Source: Oopsacas minuta (taxonomy: Eukaryota; Animalia; Porifera). Taken from it: DNA of 64,000 bases. Of this stretch, positions 35,493 to 44,699 are shown one piece after another; within the stretch, counting starts at the first letter, position 1, and every line of letters starts with the position of its first letter. The position numbers and the translations under genes were made by a program. The stretch spans positions 62,001 to 126,000 of the forward strand of contig JAKMXF010000222.1 in assembly GCA_024704765.1 (NCBI GenBank). The letters run 5' to 3'. Under the pieces are notes generated by a model. That model was given only the letters and a program-made list of their open reading frames with translations, was not told where the DNA came from and ran no database searches.

Positions 35493-38400
35493 CGCTTGAA
35501 AGAGATGCTAGAAAGCGGAGGAGGAGGAGCGGCAAGAGCAAGGGACACGCATACAGAAGATGATAACCTGGCTGAGAAACTCAAAGATGCTCAGAATATG
35601 TTAGCTCAGCGTGAACAAAGCTGGAAAGAGAAAATAGATGATACTCGTCGTATACTCGGGGAAGAGAGACAGCGGATAATGGATGTGTTGGGAATATCTA
35701 TTCAATCAGCGGAGATACAAGGAAGAAGTGGTTAGTACAAATCATGCTATAACTCTTATATACAGGCAGTTAACTCCCATTATATCAAACACGGATATAT
35801 CGAAGTCCGCAATTGTACAAATATGTTCCCAAACCGTTAAATAGTATATATTTGATCGGTTGTTTGAGTTCGAATTCCGCTTATAACGAAGTCATTATCG
35901 GATCCCTTTAGCTTCGATATTACGGGAGTTAACAACGCCCCTGGAGGACATGCTAATCCTCCAGAAGGTTTGTGTGATGCAGATGTAGATATAAATACAG
36001 CTAAGAAAGAGTTAGCTATGAATGATTATGATTCTATAGTTAATGATATGAAGGAAGAGAAGGAGGAAGCACTACGTAAAATACACAAGGAGTATGAAGA
36101 ACAGTTACAAGAGTATAGAGATAAATTAACAGATGCAATGTCTACTCCAGAGACTTATAATCCTCCTTCAGAGCTAGATTCACAATCCCTAATACGATTA
36201 CAAGAAGTAGTACTATATGCTAGTGATCTGGTTAGGACAGCTAATCAGTATAGTGAAGCTCTACAGAAGGAAGTAAAGTTCTCTGTTACACTACGTATTG
36301 ATCCCAGCTATCTAGCGCCTCGCTCCAGATTCCTATTTAGAGAGGATCTTACATACTGTGTGGCTATACGCGTTATATTCACGTCTAAGAGCACTGATGC
36401 TGTCTGGAGTCTAGACACACTACAGGAGAAGTTAGCAGTGATAGCAGAGATGTATGAAGAAATTGAGAGAAACCGCGAGGAAAAAGGAGAAGGTGTTAAA
36501 ATGTGGTGGAACGAGAGTATGGGTCCTGATCCTTTCTGTGACATGGAGAATCATTCATTGATAGGCGTGGCTAATGCATACTTATCTTGTTTGTTCCATT
36601 TTATACCAGTTGAATTCAGTGCTCCTATTCTAAGTCCACAAGGCTTAGTTATCGGTAAATTAAATTTAGTATTACAACGGTTAAACACACTACACCATGA
36701 TATTGATAACTTTGAGGATTGTGATCCGTTCTCTACAGCTAGTTCATATACTGGATCATCGATATCAGCGCTACAGGATATTCTACCTGGTTCTAATATA
36801 TATATACGTGTAACAATACAAAATGCACAAGACCTTCCTCCTAATATTCAGTTCGTATTCTGTCAGTATAGAATGTTTGGATTTGAAGAGGCAGTGACTG
36901 TAGCCTCTATCTTAGAAGCTGGACACCAAAATTCTATTACAGAAGGTTGTATACCTTTTAATCACACTAAAACATTCTCATTAGAAGCTACTGATGATTT
37001 TATTGACTACTGTAGGGAGGGGGTGTTGTCTATTGAAGTGTTTGGTCATAGGGCAACAGCTGTTGACTACCGCGATTTATCTTCAACTACGTCAATCGAT
37101 GAAAACCCAGAAAGGAAATGGGTAAGAATAAGGAACTTTATTAGTTTATCAGCTAAGATCTTAGAGCTTAATGTAGAAGGAGAACATTTCCCAGTGGAAC
37201 TAAAAGAATCATCACAATCTCTATGTGGTGGTACATACCAGTTGAAACAAGGTCAGAGTAGGAAGATTCAAGTTTCGGTGCAGGACGTGCAATCTTCTGG
37301 CCTGATAGAACTCGGATCTATTCAGAATATCGAGATAGGAAGTATCGTAGTTCGATCTAAACAGGATATACCATTAGATTCATTTCAAGAACAAGATTTT
37401 AACATTATGAAAGAGAAACGGGGTCAAACACTGATGCTACGTAAAGATTATCTCGATAGCGAAATGAAAGACTTAATGGACAAACAGGAGAAGACATCAG
37501 ATGATATTCATAAAGAAACGAAACTAATCGATGAATGGCTACAAACGCAACAAGAAAGAAACCTCCTCGTTCACTCAGACTTCAGCCAGATATTAGGCAT
37601 GTCTAAGAATTGGTATCTACCTATTGGGTACGAATCTAGACCTCCTATAATATTTATAGACATTGAGAACGAGCTCATCCATAAAACAGGTTATATCCCA
37701 GGTGAACGAGACCCCCAAATGCTCCCACTTAAATTCAAGGTAGAGAGTTCTTCTAAGCTCGATGCTACTGCTACGTGGGATGCAACTGATCATGAGAATA
37801 AACATCTAATGAGTATTACGTCACCAAAAGAGAGAGTGTTTATAACTCTAAGGGTGACTGTAGCAATGAAACATCCACCTGGTTGTAAAATCAGGCTTAG
37901 GAAACGTTTACAAATTCGTATTATTAAAGGAACACGCGGTGGGTTTCTTGCTGGCTTCCCATTCGCCAGAGAGCAGGTCAGGAAGTCTGGTGTTGTATTC
38001 GAGATATTTTGTGGTCTGCCCCGTACAGAAGGTGTACCAACTCGTGTAGATGTGCATCCTAGCATTTTAGAACCGAATAAAGGTGAATCGATCGTACAGG
38101 CATTTAGACGAGGCATGGAAGAGATTTCTAACCAGCTTCAACTTGACCGTTTACGTCAAGAGATATCCCTAAAGGAACAACTTAACAAAGCTGGTTCTGG
38201 ACAACTTAATCCACCCCCATCCGTAAGTCCTGGTTTACACAGCGGTATATCAAGTTCCCCAAGGAGTCAGGACGATTCAGAATCACCCGAGCTAGAAAAC
38301 ATACCCGGTATCGTAGTGTCACCCCCCATACATCGTCCCTTGAAGCAATCCCCCCTGATACCTCACTCAAGCAGTAACTCAGACCTATTCACTCCCCCAA

Positions 38401-39269
38401 TGAGCAGGAGTCCTGTAGATGAGGTTACACAACAAGTAACTAACCTACAAACAGCTGATATAACACCAACACCTAATGAACAAGAACCTATCCCTAAATT
38501 ACTGGTTGTATCAGCTACAATAGATGAGACTGATGAAGGTTTGGTCATAGCAAAACAAAGTTCTGATGCTAATGATCCTAGGAGGCAGTTTGATTTAGAT
38601 TTAGCAATAGACCTTAAAAATTTACCTCGTGAGTCTCCAGAGGCCCTATTGACCCCTGACCTTTCCGATAACGAGAGTCAGGACAGGTTCACGAACCCTG
38701 ATACTCACCAGAGCTATGATATGGGAAATTCACAATTTAAATCTCCATCAGTTTCTCCACTCAAGTCTCCCATCAAGTCTCCGATACATAAGAAGTCATC
38801 AGCACCAGCTACAACACCCAGTAAGAAGTCTAGCCTAGGGAGAGCTATCCCTCCCCGATCTGTTACACCAGATCTTATAGACAAGTCTCGAATTAACATC
38901 AATAACCGGCATTCAACACCTGGAGCTGCTTCCCCTGGTGTGGACTTTAAACTTAACGATACCGTTCTTGTGGATCTCAAAGCAGGTAACAAAGTAGGTA
39001 AAGTGCGATACATTGGGACATTTCTCCCTGCAAAAGACAATGAGATCTGGGTGGGTCTACAACTTCATGAGCCAATTGGCAAACACAACGGTACAGTAGA
39101 GTCCAAAGTTTACTTTAAATGCAAAGAAAAGCATGGTGCATTTGTTCCTCTATCAAAAATCATCTGTGTTTGTAATGACAGAACGATGACAAGCTCAAAT
39201 GCTGGTCCGCGGATAACACGATCATTCAAACCGCTAGACAACACCTCCAGAGGAAGAATCAAGAATTAA
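35442..39269 (+). CDS. Chimeric motor-less, FHA-less KIF13 tail gene or pseudogene; model 35442-35730 + 35965-39269 (~1197 aa)
   Basis: The exon MKQRPPYQSDPNLLDEN (from the downstream gene) is fused in frame to [12 protein letters not shown] (KIF13). An intact 3.3-kb ORF runs to the CAP-Gly. The acceptor CTAATCCTCCAG at 35964 is phase-compatible but inferred. Confidence 0.55.
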
Positions 39270-39966
39270 TAGCCTTTTTATTTGTATCTATACACTGCAT
39301 GTCAGTATTTCTACACACACCGGTACACAGATATATATTTTCTATGTTTAAAATGGTCAATTCATTATTAACATAACTTCTCTCTTTGTGTATATTTTGG
39401 ATAAGAATTACTGAATATTGTAGTTTTGCATCTGCTAATACTGTTCCGTTATTTTAGATGTAAATATAGCTTGTGCATTTTAACTTTTCTGTTTACTTTA
39501 CGACTAATAATATCCCTGTAGTATTTCACCGGACCACGCAGTTTTACCAAGAAAATTGCATATTTCACATGCAAGGCATAACTTGAATCATTGGTTTCAT
39601 ATATTTGCAATCATTGCATGTAATATTAATATTTTATTTATTCAACTATCCCTTGCGTTAAATATAATGCGTGGATCTTCTCACCATAATTTGTGGATTA
39701 TTGATTAATCCTGAATCGACAAATTGATTATACATATACATAAGCTAAAACTACATTTGTATCCAGACTTCAGTATGAATACACCCGTGTACAAAGTTAA
39801 ATCAATGCCAATGGCAAGTATAGACGATCATTCTAACTTGAAAAGGAAGGGCAAAACTCTTACCAGACTGTTTCGCATAAATCAGAGCTATCAAGAATCG
39901 CATTTGAAAGCTGAAATGAAACAGAGACTTCCGTATCAGTCTGATCCAAATCTCCTGGAAGAAAAT
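35493..39966 (+). repeat. Tandem segmental duplication, unit 2
   Basis: About 17-18 substitutions by my manual count over the 3.3-kb coding core versus unit 1; flanks more diverged; ~337-bp deletion corresponding to ~31187-31523. Confidence 0.95.
35767..35933. mobile_element. MITE family A, long copy whose right end abuts the FHA-exon deletion
   Basis: CAGTTAACTCCCATTATATCAAA...CCCAAACCGTTAA...CTTCGATATTACGGGAGTTAAC; internal sequence matches the 21952 copy in reverse orientation. Confidence 0.75.
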
Positions 39967-40672
39967 GATGAGATTAAAGACCCCTCCAAGAAGATTCGAA
40001 CCTGGAAATGGCCCTTTCCGCGACACAGAATTGATAAAGAGCTTCCAGACCACCTTGTTAAAGGCATTCGACCTATTTCTATATCCAGCAAGTTAGCTTA
40101 TTTCCCAAAGTAAGTAAGACATTATTCACACTATAATATTCATACAAATGTTATAATGCTATTATTCTATTAGCATGCCACTTAGAGAACCACATTTTGA
40201 GCCATCCTCTTCCCACCTAGCTGGTAGTAATGTACAGGAGATAGAGGAGTTAGTGGTGAGAATTTTATATACATATGTATATAAGAATTATATATATCTA
40301 CGATTTATTACTGTTATATGTGTGTAGATTGCGTTTCAAGACGATCAGCTGGTCACGGAGATAGAGCCTATAAGTGATATGAGAAACCCGCTTACTGACA
40401 GTGATAGATGTGAAGACCACCCCTGTCCTAATATATCTCCCCTCTCTACAAAACCAAAGGCATTTACAATTAATTGCTCTCAAATACAATGTAATTTTAA
40501 TTTAGTTTTTCGTTAGATAATACGTCGTGAGAGTAGTCGGAGAATAAAGAAATCTTTGAGCTCTGTTACTCGAACAGATAGCTTTGAATCTGAATCAGCT
40601 GATTATTCTCAGAACCAAGAATACACTAATGGAGATATGATACCAAATATGAATTCTGGATCTAAGGCAAAG
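39775..40672 (+). CDS. Four 5' coding exons of a low-complexity N-terminus, probably the start of the RasGEF gene at 47259-51598
   Basis: MNTPVYKVKSMPM..AYFPN|MPLREPHF..EELV|IAFQDDQL..STKPK|IIRRESS..SGSKAK|. Phases are compatible; the last donor AAG|GTTTGT is phase 0. Confidence 0.6.
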
Positions 40673-40848
40673 GTTTGTGTTTTATTTATTCATTCGTTTA
40701 TATGTGTACTTATGACCATAACCACTTGAATATCCAATATATCAAATTACGAAAAAATAACTGGTTTTCTTACTAACCCATAGTAAGTATAATTTACCTA
40801 TAAAATGGTTTGTGTTGATAATCCATTTACACATATATTGTCTCAATA

Positions 40849-42729
40849 ATGTGGTGTTACAGATTGTTTGTGTTGATAAAATTCTCACTTATATTCGTTC
40901 AATTCCATGGGCTTACTGATCCAACCGATTATTCACACACAACAGAAATACTAGCTGGAGATATCTTGAAAGTGAATCATCATACTTCTTGGGTTTTCAA
41001 ATCAACTTTCCCAACCCAATCTATAACCGTATCGTATTTGGCATACGGTCTACCTGTATATCTATTCTCTTTATTCACAACAGGTTCTGTATACAAATTG
41101 GAGTATTTTCAGATAGTGATAAAAGCATGGGTATTTTTCCTATCTCTAATCGTTGACTATTTCTACTACAAAACATCTTATTATATGAAGTGTTATTCAA
41201 TGTCTATGTTCTTATTCGCTACCTATTACGTTACGTATACAGTAGCATACAAGCCATCTCTGCTTATCTTTGAAAATCTTATATTTTCATCTCTCATATA
41301 TCTCTCCATATATTTCTCAGTTTTATTTCAAGAAAATCGTAACATATCAACCTTGATCCCTAGTACAATTGGTGTGCTCATTAGTATTGGTATATTCACA
41401 AATGTGTCATTCATGTTCACTGGATTATGGCTATTCATCTGGCCGTGTATCTGGGTAATGACACGTAACTCCCGCTACAAATTATTCCAACTTCTATCCT
41501 TCATTAATCTTGTCTTAGTCTCGTTTATACTCACATCATTTGCCATCAGTATAATAGACTCAATCTATTTCAAACAGCTTACGATATCCCTCAATCAACA
41601 GAGGTGTCCTAAGAATTTAATCCCCGGTTTAATATCCTCCTATATGTCCTCCTTCCTTAGAATACATTTATGTGTAAGTGGCCGCTTCATTCTAACGCCT
41701 TATAACGCTATACAGTATTATTTCGATAAATCAACAGCTGCTCACACTACCCCTACAAATGCATTATACAATATATTTGGATTCGTAACAGTATTCGGGC
41801 CAATAATTACACTATTCTCTTACTCGTCTTATAAGATCCTTTGTCGAGCTTATTCTAAATGGGTAGCACTTGCTAGAATACAGAAACCTCCGCTGCTTAG
41901 CCGTATCTATTGGATATTCAAGATTTATCAATTCGGTCTTATCCTTAACGTCATGGTGATATTCTTTTTCAATTTCACCAGAGCTTATTACGCTCCCTTC
42001 TCTCTCGCTCCCCTGTTTCTCCCAATGTTCTTAGTGTGCGGCTACTCCCTTGAGTACTATATGTCTAAGAAATTACGTTACATATTCTGGACTGCATGGC
42101 TTATGTTTAATGCTACTTTACTCGTTTATTACGGGACTCTCCATGAAGCTGGAGTAACTAAATCTCTATCTACAATACAGCATAGCATCATTGATAAAAT
42201 TAAAGGAAGTGAAGATTGCAAAACTTCTCTCTTACCATGTTTAACTTGTACAAGTGCATCGCCTTGCCACTATCATATATTCTACTCACATACAATGCAA
42301 CCGCCAGAGCATTTCTTATTGTGGCCACATATGTATCGTTCTTATAACTTTACGTTATCATGGGAGAATGAAGGCAATATTCAGGTGCTTAAAAGCAAGA
42401 TAGGACAGATGAAGGAGAAATGTACTAAATCACAGTGTAGTATATTATTAGTGTCGCTAGCCCCAGATAACTTGGGAGAAGAATTACATCTTGGAACGCC
42501 CTTGAATACAATTTTCCCTCATTTTGGGAAAGGAACAATTCCTCAACAATTCGACAGGTTTATGAAGGATATTATAGTCCCTGTAAAGGGGGAACCTCAA
42601 ACAACCTTCAATATTATAAAAGGATTCTTCAACTATTTTACGTCTAACAAAATGACCATTTTAGGCAAACTAAATTCTATAATCGCGACAGGCCGTAGAG
42701 CATTTTCCCTTAGAATCTATCAAGCATAG
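40849..42729 (+). CDS. PIGZ: Divergent PIGZ/Smp3-like GPI mannosyltransferase (GT22, GT-C fold), intronless, 626 aa
   Basis: Multi-TM topology; E(I)LAGDIL, SW.F, LTPYN..Y, YYGTLHEAGV, IFYSHTMQPP align with PIGZ blocks. HPDE, RTFSN and NRPTF motifs are degenerate. Confidence 0.7.
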   Translation: MWCYRLFVLIKFSLIFVQFHGLTDPTDYSHTTEILAGDILKVNHHTSWVFKSTFPTQSITVSYLAYGLPVYLFSLFTTGSVYKLEYFQIVIKAWVFFLSLIVDYFYYKTSYYMKCYSMSMFLFATYYVTYTVAYKPSLLIFENLIFSSLIYLSIYFSVLFQENRNISTLIPSTIGVLISIGIFTNVSFMFTGLWLFIWPCIWVMTRNSRYKLFQLLSFINLVLVSFILTSFAISIIDSIYFKQLTISLNQQRCPKNLIPGLISSYMSSFLRIHLCVSGRFILTPYNAIQYYFDKSTAAHTTPTNALYNIFGFVTVFGPIITLFSYSSYKILCRAYSKWVALARIQKPPLLSRIYWIFKIYQFGLILNVMVIFFFNFTRAYYAPFSLAPLFLPMFLVCGYSLEYYMSKKLRYIFWTAWLMFNATLLVYYGTLHEAGVTKSLSTIQHSIIDKIKGSEDCKTSLLPCLTCTSASPCHYHIFYSHTMQPPEHFLLWPHMYRSYNFTLSWENEGNIQVLKSKIGQMKEKCTKSQCSILLVSLAPDNLGEELHLGTPLNTIFPHFGKGTIPQQFDRFMKDIIVPVKGEPQTTFNIIKGFFNYFTSNKMTILGKLNSIIATGRRAFSLRIYQA

Positions 42730-43088
42730 GAACAGTATAATAATTGAATTTCTCAGTCACAAGTATACGTAGTTGCTCTATCTTCTTTCTCTCTCAGTAA
42801 TAGTAGTGTTTTAATATATTTTAGAACTGACAAACAGTACAATAAACCTGATTATACAGAGTTTCCAAACATTGTTAATTTCACACCTGATATTTAGTTG
42901 TATAAGGAGATTTGCTAGTCTCTCTTAGACTGAAACAGTGACAATACTACAAGCACCATCTTCTGAAAACTGTTCTCATATATTCCTATATGTTTTCCCA
43001 ATTCTATATAATGCTTGGTCCATACAGGGTCTCACATAGTTTTAATAATATCTCACAGAGTTATTGCAATATAAAGAATTGTATTTAT

Positions 43089-43656
43089 TTATTTAAAATG
43101 ATTGCCAGACATCATTTCTTTGAATTCATCAAAGTATATAACACCATCTCCGTTTTTGTCGATATTACGCATTATTTTAGAGATTTCTAAATCAGTGTAT
43201 TTAGCCCCGAGTTTGTTCATTGCCTTTTTCAGTTCTGCATGCGAAATTTCGTTGTTGTTATCCTCGTCAAAGAACGCGAATACTTCTCGTAACTCACAAT
43301 CAGGGTCTTTCTTGTTGAAGGTTATCGCGAAATAGCTCATAAATTCCTTTATATCGATTGTCCCATTCTTGTTCCTGTCAGTGACTCGGATAAACTTTTG
43401 CACTGCGTCTCTTATCTCCTCTCTAGTGTAGATCTTCCCCATAAATTTGAATAGAGAATTCACCAATTCATCCCTCGTTAGTTCACCTATTATTATAAGA
43501 GATAATTGAATTATACTCTGATTATTAAAATGCTGCCAACTTACCGTCATTATTCACATCAAACATTTTGAAAAGACATTCGAGGCTGGTAGTTTCTTTT
43601 GGAGTCAATAGCTTAACCAATTTCTGTTGCGAACACATCTTGTCTTTGTTTAGCAT
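43089..43656 (-). CDS. Calmodulin-like 4-EF-hand protein; exons 43656-43545, 43486-43089
   Basis: EF loops DVNNDGELTRDE (across a 58-nt intron), DRNKNGTIDIKE, DEDNNNEISHAE, DKNGDGVIYFDE. Confidence 0.88.
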
Positions 43657-44058
43657 AATTGTTCTTTGAGGGCTTGTCTGGCCTTTTATATTTAGTCTTT
43701 CAAACCACCATTTGACGTACCTTACGCATATAATTTTCATAGAACAATGCATTCCTAATATAAATACTGCTCTACTAACAATCACAATAGTTATGAATTC
43801 TACACCACTTCCAAATACGAATCCATGAGATGAGTATTTTCGAATATGTCACTTGGTTAGGATGATACATTAGAAATATTTACGTCTTTGATTATGCTTC
43901 AGTGCTTGTAAACGTCGTTACGATTACCAATTTGTAAGGATAAGTTGGTGTGTATTAATTACATAATAACACTACTGCGCTTTATTTATCTTATTCTATT
44001 TACGGAAATTCAAATAATAATTAGCATTCTACAATCTACAACGTCAAGACATCAAGGG

Positions 44059-44250
44059 ATGCTAACTCGATTATTCATGGCCTTCATGGCTAGATATGAC
44101 CGGCAAATGGTCAACAAATTAGCCGAGACACGATTTATGCGGCGAACAGCTCAACTGATCTATTATATGTGGCTACGAACATTCGACAAAAGTCACAAAG
44201 CATTCGAGAATTTTCAAAAGAAACTCGAGCAAAAGACGCATAAAAAATAA
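44059..44250 (+). CDS. NCBP2AS2: NCBP2-AS2-like microprotein, 63 aa
   Basis: MLTRLF...QMVNKLAETRFMRRTAQL resembles the family motif QLVERLSESRPIRRAAQL. Confidence 0.7.
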   Translation: MLTRLFMAFMARYDRQMVNKLAETRFMRRTAQLIYYMWLRTFDKSHKAFENFQKKLEQKTHKK

Positions 44251-44699
44251 ACCTTTACCAATTGTAATAACTTCCCTAAACATGACATGATAGTAAGAAA
44301 TTTGTCTTAAAATTCCTTTAAACTGCTAGCTGGGTGTTATATTTTGCAGTATTAGTTATGCGAATATATGAATGATTATTAGCTAAATAAATGTGTAAAT
44401 ATTTGCAAGGTTTAAGTTGAAAATATTTCAAATATTCCAATTATTTGTTGTGAAGAATCTTCTTTATTTGGTCACTATTTTGGTCTAATTATAGCATTTA
44501 TTTATCACATATGGCATAGAATTCTTTCCCGATATATAGCTACCGTTACTATTCCTATCAACCCATAACACTATAGCTCTATTCAACTAGCTTATAGTTA
44601 AAGTTCTCAAACTATGCACTTACACCGATTTCATCAAACTTTCAATTTACTGATTTATTCCTTTACCAATTACCATCTTCCGCCATTGATTCAGTCAGC

